Source: an uncultured Comamonadaceae bacterium (GTDB lineage: Bacteria; Pseudomonadota; Gammaproteobacteria; Burkholderiales; Burkholderiaceae_C). From it: a DNA stretch of 30,968 nt. A model generated the notes under the pieces. It worked only from the letters and a program-made list of their open reading frames with translations, did no database searches and was not told the DNA's origin. The stretch lies in the NCBI GenBank assembly GCA_937871735.1, contig CALMOI010000224.1:1-30968 (forward strand), given 5' to 3'. Positions 1-8,637 of the stretch are shown in pieces (positions within the stretch are counted from its first letter, which is position 1; the number at the start of each line of letters is the position of its first letter). A program made the translations under genes and the position numbers.

Positions 1-142
1 CGTTATCCCCCACGACTGGGCACGTTCCGATATATTACTCACCCGTTCGCCACTCTCAAGGGTTGCCCCTCTACCGTTCGACTTGCATGTGTAAAGCATT
101 CCGCCAGCGTTCAATCTGAGCCAGGATCAAACTCTATAGTTC
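1..142 (-). rRNA. rrs: 16S rRNA gene, 5' end (partial, continues beyond window start)
   Basis: Reverse complement reads AGAGTTTGATCCTGGCTCAG (27F site, 116-135) followed by ATTGAACGCTGGCGGAATGCTTTACACATGCAAGTCGAACGG...GGGTGAGTAATATATCGGAACGTGCCCAGTCGTGGGGGATAACG. The mature 5' end near 142 is approximate. Confidence 0.98.
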
Positions 143-310
143 GATCTTGATTTTTTCGCTCTTTCGAGCAACTCATAAATTGGAATCGACGTGAATATCA
201 TCTCTGACTTTCACATCTTTTTTACTTCATGAGCGTTTGTAAGTCAGTTAAGACTTAGTTCCGAAGAACTTGGCAATCGCCTTCAAACGCCCACGCTTAT
301 CGGCTGTATA

Positions 311-322
311 TTGTTAACGAAC
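311..322 (-). promoter_or_regulatory. rrn leader antitermination boxA
   Basis: Minus strand GTTCGTTAACAA resembles the boxA consensus (GCTCTTTAACAA). It is followed by a GCGTGGGCG boxC-like segment and lies between the promoters and 16S. Confidence 0.8.
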
Positions 323-393
323 TTTTTGCATCGCAGAATCAACTTTCGTCTTTTCTTACTTTGCGAAGCTTGCTGTGATCAGCTGAGCTTTCT

Positions 394-423
394 ATTGTAA
401 CACGCTTTTTGCGTGCTTGTCAA
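394..423 (-). promoter_or_regulatory. rrn proximal (P2-like) sigma70 promoter
   Basis: Minus strand TTGACA (423-418), 18-nt spacer, TACAAT (399-394) with an extended TGn and an AT-rich UP-like tract upstream. Confidence 0.75.
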
Positions 424-490
424 AATTTATTTGACTTTTTGTTTGCTATTCAGATTTGCTTTTTAGCATTTCCGTCTAGCGAAGCCCTCT

Positions 491-541
491 ACTGTAGCAC
501 ATTTTTTTGTTTCTTTCGATGCAGTAGAAATTTTTCTACTG
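491..541 (-). promoter_or_regulatory. rrn distal (P1-like) promoter with AT-rich UP region
   Basis: Minus strand TGC-TACAGT extended -10 (496-491), weak -35 TCGAAA (519-514) and an AT-rich palindromic tract at 522-541. Confidence 0.5.
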
Positions 542-667
542 ATCAACTTTAACCGTCTAAAGCACCCGTTGTATTGGGGAGCGCGATTGTAGCACTACTT
601 TTTGCCATCTATGTGTCGATGCGCCATCAAGTGCTCAGATGGCTGCGTCACGGGATAATCGGTGCAC

Positions 668-2557
668 ATGGCACTCATCACTCTTATAGATGCACAACTG
701 GCCTTTGGTCACGTGGCACTCCTCGACAAAACTGGCTTCTCATTAGAGAGCAGCGAGCGCGTCGGTCTTATTGGTCGCAACGGGGCGGGCAAGTCCTCCT
801 TGCTCAAAATTTTGGGGGGCATGGAACGCCCTGACGACGGCACCATGCAAGTGCAGCAAGGGCTGCGCATTGCTTTCGTGGCCCAAGAGCCACTGCTGAA
901 CTCTGACGACACCGTCTTTGAATCAGTGAGCGCGGGCTTGCAAGAGCTGATCAAGTTGATTGATCAGTACACCAGTTGTGAAGGCGACCTCGATGCGCTG
1001 CAAAGCGCGATCGAAGCCCGCGACGGCTGGAATTGGGAGCAACGCGTTGAAGAAACCCTGCACCGTCTGCACCTCGATCCTGAATTGCGCATCAGCGCGC
1101 TGTCGGGCGGCACTAAAAAGCGCGTCGCATTGGCGCAAGCGCTGGTCACCCAGCCGGACGTGCTGCTGCTGGACGAGCCCACCAACCACTTGGACTTGGA
1201 CTCTATTCAATGGTTAGAGCAACTCTTGATCGATTTCAAGGGCAGCATCATCACCATCACCCATGACCGCTCATTCTTAGATAGAGTTGCCACGCGCATC
1301 GTGGAACTTGATCGCGGCCAACTGCGCTCCTACCCCGGCAACTTCGGTCAGTACCAACTGCAAAAAGAAGAACAGCTTGCGCAAGAAGCCGTGATCCAAG
1401 CCAAGGCCGACAAGCTGCTGGCGCAAGAAGAAGTTTGGATTCGCCGGGGCGTGGAAGCGCGCCGCACTCGCGCGCAAGGCCGCATCAACCGACTGGAACA
1501 ACTGCGTGCCAACCGCGCCGCACGGCGTGACACGCTGGGCCGCGTCAATATGGATGTGGCCTCGGGCGTGCCCACCGGCAAGATCGTGGCTGAACTGACC
1601 GAGGTCAGCAAAAGCTTTGGCGACAAACTCATCGTCAACAACTTCAGCGCCACCATCTTGCGCGGCGACAAAGTGGGCCTGATCGGCCCCAACGGCGCAG
1701 GCAAAAGCACCTTGCTGAAAATGATCTTGGGCGAATTGCAGGCCGACAGCGGCAAAGTACGCCAAGGCGCGAATCTGCAAGTCGCTTACTTTGACCAGAT
1801 GCGCAACGCGCTCGACCTGAACGCCACGCTGGAAGACTTCATCAGCCCCGGCAGCGAGTGGATTGAGATTGGCAACAAGCGCCAGCACGTCAAAAGCTAC
1901 TTGAGCGACTTCTTGTTCTCGCCCGCTCGCGCCAATGCGCCTGTGCGCACGCTCTCGGGCGGCGAACGCAACCGACTGCTGTTGGCACGCTTGTTTGCCC
2001 GCCCCGCCAACGTGCTGGTGCTGGACGAGCCCACCAATGATTTGGACATCGACACGCTAGAGCTATTAGAAGACCTGCTGCAAAACTACGACGGCACCGT
2101 GTTCTTGGTCAGCCATGACCGCACCTTCTTGGACAACGTGGTCACCAGCACCATCGCCCACGAAGGCCCCGGCCAGTGGCGCGAGTACGAAGGCAGCGTA
2201 GAAGATTGGCTGATTCAATCCGCCCGCAGCCAAGCCATTGCCGCCGCCGCCGTCAAAGCCGGTGGCAAGGCAGCCGCGCCCGCTGCATCGCCGCAGCCTG
2301 CGCCCACGCCGACAGCCGCGCCCAGCCCCGCACCGATCAAGCTCAGCTACAAAGATCAGCGCGAATTGGATGCCCTGCCCGCCCGCATCACCGAGCTGGA
2401 GCAAGAGCAAGCCACCGTGCGCGCTGAACTGGCCGACGGCAGCATCTACAACCGCGACCCGCAACGCGCCGCCACACTGTATGCCCGCGACGGTGCCATT
2501 GATGAGGAGTTGATGGCCGCCTTGGAACGTTGGGAATCTTTGTCCACACGCAACTAA
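668..2557 (+). CDS. uup: ABC-F family ATPase Uup
   Basis: Two ABC cassettes (GRNGAGKS, LSGG, LLLDEPTNHLD; GPNGAGKS, LSGGE, LDEPTNDLD), no TM segments, a WIRRGVEARRTR linker and a C-terminal KLSYKDQREL coiled-coil domain. Start placed at ATG 668 (MALITL). Confidence 0.93.
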   Translation: MALITLIDAQLAFGHVALLDKTGFSLESSERVGLIGRNGAGKSSLLKILGGMERPDDGTMQVQQGLRIAFVAQEPLLNSDDTVFESVSAGLQELIKLIDQYTSCEGDLDALQSAIEARDGWNWEQRVEETLHRLHLDPELRISALSGGTKKRVALAQALVTQPDVLLLDEPTNHLDLDSIQWLEQLLIDFKGSIITITHDRSFLDRVATRIVELDRGQLRSYPGNFGQYQLQKEEQLAQEAVIQAKADKLLAQEEVWIRRGVEARRTRAQGRINRLEQLRANRAARRDTLGRVNMDVASGVPTGKIVAELTEVSKSFGDKLIVNNFSATILRGDKVGLIGPNGAGKSTLLKMILGELQADSGKVRQGANLQVAYFDQMRNALDLNATLEDFISPGSEWIEIGNKRQHVKSYLSDFLFSPARANAPVRTLSGGERNRLLLARLFARPANVLVLDEPTNDLDIDTLELLEDLLQNYDGTVFLVSHDRTFLDNVVTSTIAHEGPGQWREYEGSVEDWLIQSARSQAIAAAAVKAGGKAAAPAASPQPAPTPTAAPSPAPIKLSYKDQRELDALPARITELEQEQATVRAELADGSIYNRDPQRAATLYARDGAIDEELMAALERWESLSTRN

Positions 2558-2580
2558 GATCACAAAAATCAGCCCGGCAA

Positions 2581-2607
2581 CCCCACACTAGGGCAAACAG
2601 TGTGGGG
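2581..2607. other. Perfect 9-bp inverted repeat between uup and the PAS kinase gene
   Basis: CCCCACACT-(AGGGCAAAC)-AGTGTGGGG. There is no U-tract, so it could be an operator or an mRNA-stabilising stem. Confidence 0.45.
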
Positions 2608-2639
2608 GCCAGAACAGGCGCAGTTGCACAATAGCCGAC

Positions 2640-4853
2640 ATGATGTCCACCGATCCAATGCTCCCTCCCGGACTGTTGTTGCAAGAACTGGCTCGGTTGC
2701 AGCAAGACAATGCCGATTTGCGCGAGCAACTGTTTCAACTGGAAGCGCTGCGGGTGCAAACCGCGCATCGCCCGGCTCCGCCCCATTCCCAAGCGGCATC
2801 ATCAAGCCCTCCGCCGCCTGACAGCCCTCCAGAGCGACTGCGCCTGGCCATCCAAGCAGCTGAGTTGGCCGTGTGGGATTGGGATTTGACGCAGGGCATG
2901 GTGTACCTCTCATCGCAATGGGGTGCCATCACGGGCACGGCGTGCCAAGACACCCGCATTCCCATTGAGGGGCTGCTCGCCCAAGTCCACCTTGATGACG
3001 TGGCCTTGGTGCGGCAAGAATTGCAGCGACTGCTGCGAGGCGAAAGCCTACGCTACGCCGTAGAACACCGCGTGCGCACCGCCAAGGGCTGGATCTGGAT
3101 CGAAAGCATGGGGTTGGCGCAAGCGTGGGACGAGCGCGGACGCATCACCCGCATCATCGGCACCAACGCGGACATCACGCCGCGCAAGCAAGTCCAAGAA
3201 CAACTGGCCATCGCCCAAAGCCACGCAGAGCAAGCCAGCCGTGCCAAAAGTGAATTCTTGGCCAACATGAGCCACGAAGTGCGCACGCCGCTCAGCACCT
3301 TGATGGGCCTGACGCGGCTGCTGCAACGCACCCCCATCAACAACCAACAAAAAGAATACCTGGGCTTGATGGACAACTCGGCCACCGCCTTGCTGGCCTT
3401 GCTCAACGACATCTTGGACTTGTCCAAAATCGAAGCGGGCAAGCTGGTGTTTGAACAAGTGCGCTTTGACCTGTTGAACTGGGTCGAGCAAGCCACCGCC
3501 CCTTTTGAAGCACAAATGCGCGATAAAGGTTTGGCTTTCTACGTCGATGATGCCCCGTCTTTGCCGCATTACGTGGTCGGCGATCCTGGCCGCCTGCGGC
3601 AGGTGCTGAGCAACTTGATGTCTAACGCCGTCAAATTCACCGACAAAGGCAGCATCCAAGTCAAAGTGTGGCCTGATGCCGAGCAAGAGGACTTGAGCGC
3701 AGGCCGCCTACGCATCTTGTTTGAGGTGCGCGATACCGGCATCGGCATTCCGCCGGAAAAGCAGCCCACTATTTTTGACTCGTTCACGCAAGCCGATCCG
3801 TCTACGACACGGGAATATGGCGGCACCGGTCTGGGCTTGACCATCTGCATGCGGCTGGTGGAGATGATGGAAGGCCAAATCCGAGTTGCCAGCGTTCCCG
3901 GTCAAGGCAGTGCTTTTCGATTCAGCGCCGTGTTTGGTGAAGCTTCAACGCTGCCCACCGAAATCACCATGCCCGTGGCGCTGGAAGAGCGCACCGTGCA
4001 AGGCCTGGTGGTGCTGCTGGCCGAAGATCATCCGGTCAATCAACTCATCACCCGCAAACTGCTGGAAGAAATGGGCTGCACGGTGGAGGTCGTTGGCAAT
4101 GGTGCTGATGCTGTCGCGTGTTACCGCCAAGGCGGTATTGATTTGATCTTGATGGACATTCAAATGCCCGTGCTGGGCGGTGAAGCCGCCACCCAACAAA
4201 TCAGAGCGCACGAGCACACCCACGGCGGGCATGTTCCCATCATCGCTTTGACAGCGCACGCGCTGGCGGGCGACCGGGAACGTTATCTGAGCTTGGGCAT
4301 GGATGGCTATGTCTCCAAACCCATTGCACCCGACAGCTTGGCACAGGCCATGCATGAAGCGCTGGCGCATGCGCAAAGCAAGCACCTGCTCCCCACTTTC
4401 GATTTTGCCGCTACCGGCCCCGCCTATAAGGTCACAGAAGCCATGCCTGATCTCGCTGAAGAGCAGCAACCGCCCGAACAGCTGCCCGCGTCTGCACCAG
4501 TGGCCGCACCCACACCAGCGCGCGAAGTTTTTGATGTGCAACGGCTGTTGGCACAACTGGGAGGCGACCACGATGCCCTGCTGGAGCTGGCGCAAGCCAT
4601 GCGCGAAGATTTAAGTCAGCGCATGATTTTGTTGCGCCAAGCAGCACAAATCCAAAATGCCGATCAGGCTTGCCGTCAGGCTCACGCACTCAAAGGATCT
4701 TTGTCCACGCTCACCCTGGATCGCGGCGCAGCACTCGCTGGCGGCCTAGAGCTGGCTGGACGCAAAGGCGAATGGAGTTTGTTCGACCGCGCCTTGACGC
4801 TGCTAGAGCAAGAAGCCGTGCGTATCGACCAAGTGCTGGCCAACATCAGCTAA
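2640..4853 (+). CDS. Soluble hybrid histidine kinase: coiled coil-PAS-HisKA-HATPase-REC-HPt
   Basis: PAS_3-like WDWDL...VHLDD...EHRVRT...ADITPRK; H-box FLANMSHEVRTP; N-box NLMSNAVKFT; G1 DTGIGI; G2 GGTGLGL; REC AEDHPVN...LMDIQMP...SKP; HPt AHALKGS. No hydrophobic TM segment. Confidence 0.92.
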   Translation: MMSTDPMLPPGLLLQELARLQQDNADLREQLFQLEALRVQTAHRPAPPHSQAASSSPPPPDSPPERLRLAIQAAELAVWDWDLTQGMVYLSSQWGAITGTACQDTRIPIEGLLAQVHLDDVALVRQELQRLLRGESLRYAVEHRVRTAKGWIWIESMGLAQAWDERGRITRIIGTNADITPRKQVQEQLAIAQSHAEQASRAKSEFLANMSHEVRTPLSTLMGLTRLLQRTPINNQQKEYLGLMDNSATALLALLNDILDLSKIEAGKLVFEQVRFDLLNWVEQATAPFEAQMRDKGLAFYVDDAPSLPHYVVGDPGRLRQVLSNLMSNAVKFTDKGSIQVKVWPDAEQEDLSAGRLRILFEVRDTGIGIPPEKQPTIFDSFTQADPSTTREYGGTGLGLTICMRLVEMMEGQIRVASVPGQGSAFRFSAVFGEASTLPTEITMPVALEERTVQGLVVLLAEDHPVNQLITRKLLEEMGCTVEVVGNGADAVACYRQGGIDLILMDIQMPVLGGEAATQQIRAHEHTHGGHVPIIALTAHALAGDRERYLSLGMDGYVSKPIAPDSLAQAMHEALAHAQSKHLLPTFDFAATGPAYKVTEAMPDLAEEQQPPEQLPASAPVAAPTPAREVFDVQRLLAQLGGDHDALLELAQAMREDLSQRMILLRQAAQIQNADQACRQAHALKGSLSTLTLDRGAALAGGLELAGRKGEWSLFDRALTLLEQEAVRIDQVLANIS

Positions 4854-4860
4854 AGCCCGC

Positions 4861-6309
4861 TCACATTTCATCGCGCAGGCGCTGAAACACTTGCCAAAAC
4901 ACCGCGTCTTGCGTGGTGGCAAAGTTGATGCGCATCAGCGTGCTCGGCGTGCGAGCGGCATGAAACAACGCGCCGGGGGCCAGCAAGTAGCCCTCGTCCA
5001 ACATGCGCTGCGCGAGCTGATCGGTATCGACGCCGGTTTCAACCCAACCAAACAAGCCACAAGGCTCGGTGGCGAATGTGCAACCTGCTTGCAAAGCCAG
5101 CTTCACGCTGCGGCTGCGCGCCGCATCCAAGCGGGTGCGGATGCGTTCGGCGTGACGGCGCAACTGCCCTTGTTCAATGCACAGCGCCAGCGCTTTTTCC
5201 AGCACGCTGGGCGTGGTCAGCGTGGCCAGCAGCTTGGTGTCGAGCAGGCGTTCAACCAAGTCCGGTGGCGCGGCCATGTAGCCAATGCGCCAATTCGGGG
5301 CCAAAATTTTGGCAAAGCCGCTGACGTAGATCGTGCGTTGCAAGCCATCCAACACCGTCATGCGCGTGGCGTGATCGGGGGCGATGTGGCCGTAGGTGTC
5401 GTCTTCAACAATGTGAAAATTCCACGTCTGCGCCAACTGCAACACCCGGTGCGCGTGGCCGGGGCTCAGGCTGTGGCCAGTCGGGTTGTGCAACACACTC
5501 ACACTGACGAACAGCTTGGGAGCATGCACTTCGCAGTAACGCGCCATCACCGCCAAATCGGGCCCAGCGGGGCCACGCGGCACCGGCAAAATCCGCATCC
5601 CCAGCGCCGACAAGCGGGCGAACTCCACCGCCCAGCCGGGCTCTTCGACCATCACGCCATCGCCGGGCTTGAGCAAGGTACGGCTCACAATGTCCAGCGC
5701 CTGCGTGGCCCCGATGGAGGTGATGATTTGCCCCGGCTCCGCAGGCACGCCCAAGCCAATCAAGCGCGCGGACAGCACGCGGCGCAAATGCCCGTCGCCC
5801 AGCGGCTCGCCGTAGCGCAAAGAGCTGTCTTGCAGCGCTTTCGAGCCCGTCACTTTGCGCACGGCGGCAGACATGAAGTCGGTGACCAGCCAATCGGGCG
5901 GGAAAATGCCCATGCCGGGCTGTGGCTTGGGGCCGGTTGGGTGGAACATGCCGCGAATCAGCGCCGTGGCATTAACGGGCGAGACGATGCGATCCACACC
6001 CGCCTGCGCATCAGCCACGGCGGCGGTACCTTGCGCCGCTTGCGGCCAGCGTTCCAAAGCAGTGGCGGTGGCGCGCGGCAGCCATTCACGCACGTAAAAC
6101 CCCCGGTTGCGCTGCGCCTCCACCAGCCCCTGCGCCAGCAGCTTGTCATATGCCGCCACCACGGTCGAAGGGCTGACTTCGTGCTGGCAAGCACACTGGC
6201 GCACGCTGGGCAAGCGCGCACCGGGGGCTAACAAGCGGCTGCGGATTCGGCTGGCAAAACGCTCAGCCAATTGTTCAGCCAAAGACTGGGCGGCGGCACG
6301 CATCAACAT
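4861..6309 (-). CDS. MocR/GabR-family (GntR wHTH + PLP aminotransferase-like) transcriptional regulator
   Basis: N-terminal GARLPSVRQ...STVVAAYDKLLAQG...RGFYV wHTH; VEDDTY and GFAKILAP (PLP Lys) motifs. The true start is ATG 6309 (MLMRAAAQ); the listed ORF extension to 7602 is antisense to the aminotransferase. Confidence 0.92.
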   Translation of the reverse strand: MLMRAAAQSLAEQLAERFASRIRSRLLAPGARLPSVRQCACQHEVSPSTVVAAYDKLLAQGLVEAQRNRGFYVREWLPRATATALERWPQAAQGTAAVADAQAGVDRIVSPVNATALIRGMFHPTGPKPQPGMGIFPPDWLVTDFMSAAVRKVTGSKALQDSSLRYGEPLGDGHLRRVLSARLIGLGVPAEPGQIITSIGATQALDIVSRTLLKPGDGVMVEEPGWAVEFARLSALGMRILPVPRGPAGPDLAVMARYCEVHAPKLFVSVSVLHNPTGHSLSPGHAHRVLQLAQTWNFHIVEDDTYGHIAPDHATRMTVLDGLQRTIYVSGFAKILAPNWRIGYMAAPPDLVERLLDTKLLATLTTPSVLEKALALCIEQGQLRRHAERIRTRLDAARSRSVKLALQAGCTFATEPCGLFGWVETGVDTDQLAQRMLDEGYLLAPGALFHAARTPSTLMRINFATTQDAVFWQVFQRLRDEM

Positions 6310-6342
6310 GGCAAACTCTTTCTGTGTGGCTAAAACGCACCC

Positions 6343-6388
6343 TACAGTTTGCCATCTGCGTGCCTCAACTGTATGGGCTGTGTATTGG
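6343..6388. promoter_or_regulatory. Putative MocR operator (inverted + direct repeats)
   Basis: TACAGTT (6343-6349) and AACTGTA (6367-6373) form an inverted pair; TGTATGGG (6370-6377) and TGTATTGG (6381-6388) form an 11-bp-period direct repeat. All lie in the divergent intergenic region. Confidence 0.55.
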
Positions 6389-6429
6389 CTGCTGCGAAGA
6401 CAATGTTGAAATTGAAACAAGGAAAAATC

Positions 6430-7623
6430 ATGATGAACTGGACTCTGGCCCAACGCGCCGACAAGATGAACCCCTCGGTGATTCGCGAAATTTTGAAAGT
6501 CACGGAAAAGCCCGGCATCATCAACTTCGCAGGCGGCCTGCCCTCGCCCAAGACCTTCCCGATCGAAGCCATGCTGGAATCCACTCAGCGTGTGCTGACC
6601 CAAGATGGGCGCAGCGCCTTGCAATACGCCGCCAGCGAAGGCTACGGCCCGCTGCGCGAATGGGTGGCAGCCGACTTGGTCAAGCAAGGCATGCACATCA
6701 GCCCCGACCAAGTGCTGATCACCACCGGCTCGCAGCAAGGCTTGGACTTGGTGGCCAAAATTTTGATCGACGCAGGCAGCCGCATCTTGGTGGAAACGCC
6801 CACCTACCTCGGCGCACTGCAAGCCTTCACGCCGATGGAGCCCACCGTGGTCAGCGTGGACAGCGATGACAGCGGCGTGCTGCCCGACGACTTGCGCGCC
6901 AAAGCCGCCGGTGCCCGCTTTGTCTACCTGCTGCCCAACTTCCAAAACCCCACAGGCCGCACCATGACCGAAGCGCGCCGCGCCGCCGTAGCCGCTGTGG
7001 CGGTGGAAGCGGGCCTGCCCATCATCGAAGACAACCCCTACGGCGACTTGTGGTTTGACGCGCCCACGCCCGCCTCGCTGTCTTCGCGCCATCCTGAAGG
7101 CAGCGTGTACTTGGGCTCGTTTTCCAAGATCCTCGCACCCGGCCTGCGTTTGGGTTACTTGGTGGCCCCGAAATCGCTCTACCCCAAGCTGCTGCAAGCC
7201 AAGCAAGCGGCTGACTTGCACACGCCCAGCTTCAACCAGCGCATCGTGGCCGACGTGCTGAAAGACGGCTTCATTGACCGCCACGTGCCCACCATTCGCG
7301 CGCTCTACAAAAGCCAATGCCAAGCCATGCTGACCGCATTGACCCGCGAAATGGCCGACTTGGACTTCACTTGGAACACGCCCACAGGCGGCATGTTCTT
7401 GTGGGCGCGCCTGCCTGCGGGCATGGATGCAGTCACGCTGCTGCCCAAAGCGGTGGAAAAAAACGTGGCCTTCGTGCCCGGTGCTGCCTTCTACGCCGAC
7501 CATGCCGACCCGCGCACGCTGCGCCTGTCCTTCGTGACCGCGAGTGTTGATCAGATCAACCACGGTATCGCCGCCTTGGCACAAACCATCCGCGAACAGC
7601 AATCTTTGAGTCAGAGCCCATGA
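6430..7623 (+). CDS. PLP-dependent class I aminotransferase (LysN/ARO8-like)
   Basis: IREILK...INFAGGLP, PNFQNPTG, IIEDNPY and SFSKILAPGLRLGY motifs; AAGGA RBS before ATG 6430. Substrate not assignable from sequence. Confidence 0.9.
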   Translation: MMNWTLAQRADKMNPSVIREILKVTEKPGIINFAGGLPSPKTFPIEAMLESTQRVLTQDGRSALQYAASEGYGPLREWVAADLVKQGMHISPDQVLITTGSQQGLDLVAKILIDAGSRILVETPTYLGALQAFTPMEPTVVSVDSDDSGVLPDDLRAKAAGARFVYLLPNFQNPTGRTMTEARRAAVAAVAVEAGLPIIEDNPYGDLWFDAPTPASLSSRHPEGSVYLGSFSKILAPGLRLGYLVAPKSLYPKLLQAKQAADLHTPSFNQRIVADVLKDGFIDRHVPTIRALYKSQCQAMLTALTREMADLDFTWNTPTGGMFLWARLPAGMDAVTLLPKAVEKNVAFVPGAAFYADHADPRTLRLSFVTASVDQINHGIAALAQTIREQQSLSQSP

Positions 7624-8618
7624 CCGCCATGCCCTCTAACCTTTCTTCGCCGCTGATATGCCGGCCCTTCAAGCAAGTGGATGTGTTCACGGCTCGCCCG
7701 TATCTGGGCAACCCGCTGGCGGTGGTGCTCGACAGCACCGGCCTGAGCGATACCGACATGCAGCGGCTGGCGCATTGGACCAATCTGTCTGAAACCGCCT
7801 TCTTGCTGCCGCCCAGCCCCGCCGCACGCGCTGCTGGCGCTGATTACCGCGTCCGCATCTTCACGCCCAGCGGCGAGTTGCCGTTTGCGGGCCATCCCAC
7901 ATTGGGCAGTTGCCACGTTTGGCTGGAAGGCGGCGGCGTGCCACAAGTGCCGACCAGCATCGTGCAGGAATGCGGTGTGGGACTGGTGCGCATTCGGCGC
8001 AGTGCGCAGCAGCCGGGCCTGCTGGCATTTGCCGCGCCACCGCTCAAACGCAGCAATCCTGGCCCGATGCAACTGGCGCAAATTGCGGCGGCGTTGGGGC
8101 TGAAGGCGCATCACATCATCACCGCGCAACTGCTGGACAACGGCCCCACCTGGCTCGGTTTGCTGCTCGACAGCCCCGCCACCGTGCTGGCGCTCAACCC
8201 CGATCAGGCGGCGCTGAAAGCCTTGGGCTACAAAATTGGCGTGGCCGGTTTGAACCCCAGTTGCGACACCGCCGAAGTGGGCGCAGGCGTGCAACTCATC
8301 GCCCGCTCCAGCCGCGAGGCGCGAGCCTTTGCGCAGCGCAGCGCCAGCGCCGCAGAGGCCGCCACCGCTCAAGCGGATATGGAAGTGCGCGCCTTTGCGC
8401 CTTCAGCAGGCATCAGCGAAGACCCGGTCACCGGCAGCTTCAACGCCAGCTTGGCGCAATGGCTGATTGCCGACGGCCACGCGCCCGAACGCTACATCGC
8501 CAGCCAAGGCACCTGCTTGGGCCGCGCCGGTCGCGTTCACATTGAGCGCGATGCCGAGGGCCAAGTCTGGGTGGGCGGCGAGTCGGTCACCTGCATCGAA
8601 GGGCACATTCGGCTGTGA
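7620..8618 (+). CDS. PhzF/PBLD-family isomerase (DAP-epimerase-like fold)
   Basis: QVDVFT...GNPLAVV, NLSETAF, RIFTP.GELPFAGHPTLG, EDPVTGS and QGTCLGR.G motifs. ATGA overlap with the aminotransferase stop. Confidence 0.9.
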   Translation: MTAMPSNLSSPLICRPFKQVDVFTARPYLGNPLAVVLDSTGLSDTDMQRLAHWTNLSETAFLLPPSPAARAAGADYRVRIFTPSGELPFAGHPTLGSCHVWLEGGGVPQVPTSIVQECGVGLVRIRRSAQQPGLLAFAAPPLKRSNPGPMQLAQIAAALGLKAHHIITAQLLDNGPTWLGLLLDSPATVLALNPDQAALKALGYKIGVAGLNPSCDTAEVGAGVQLIARSSREARAFAQRSASAAEAATAQADMEVRAFAPSAGISEDPVTGSFNASLAQWLIADGHAPERYIASQGTCLGRAGRVHIERDAEGQVWVGGESVTCIEGHIRL

Positions 8619-8637
8619 GGCCGAAGGGCGGCGAGGG

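Noticed and set aside
574-834. 86-aa ORF upstream of and overlapping uup
   Set aside because: It has a TTG start, overlaps uup out of frame, crosses promoter DNA, and shows no motif.
2230-2335. Ala/Pro-rich quasi-repeat in uup (similar ones at the 5' ends of the menA-like and tsaP genes)
   Set aside because: These are flexible linkers with no regular DNA repeat unit.
2581-2630. c-di-GMP-I riboswitch (AGGGCAAAC seed)
   Set aside because: The downstream GAAA tetraloop/receptor and GACGCAAA elements are absent; the seed is just the loop of a different hairpin.
6310-7602. Apparent ~430-codon N-terminal extension of the MocR ORF (913 aa in the track)
   Set aside because: It is exactly in codon register antisense to the aminotransferase. 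High-GC genes avoid TTA/CTA/TCA, which leaves this frame open. The wHTH domain begins at 6309.
7620-8618. Phenazine biosynthesis cluster
   Set aside because: No phzA/B, D, E or G is present, and stand-alone PhzF-like genes are common.
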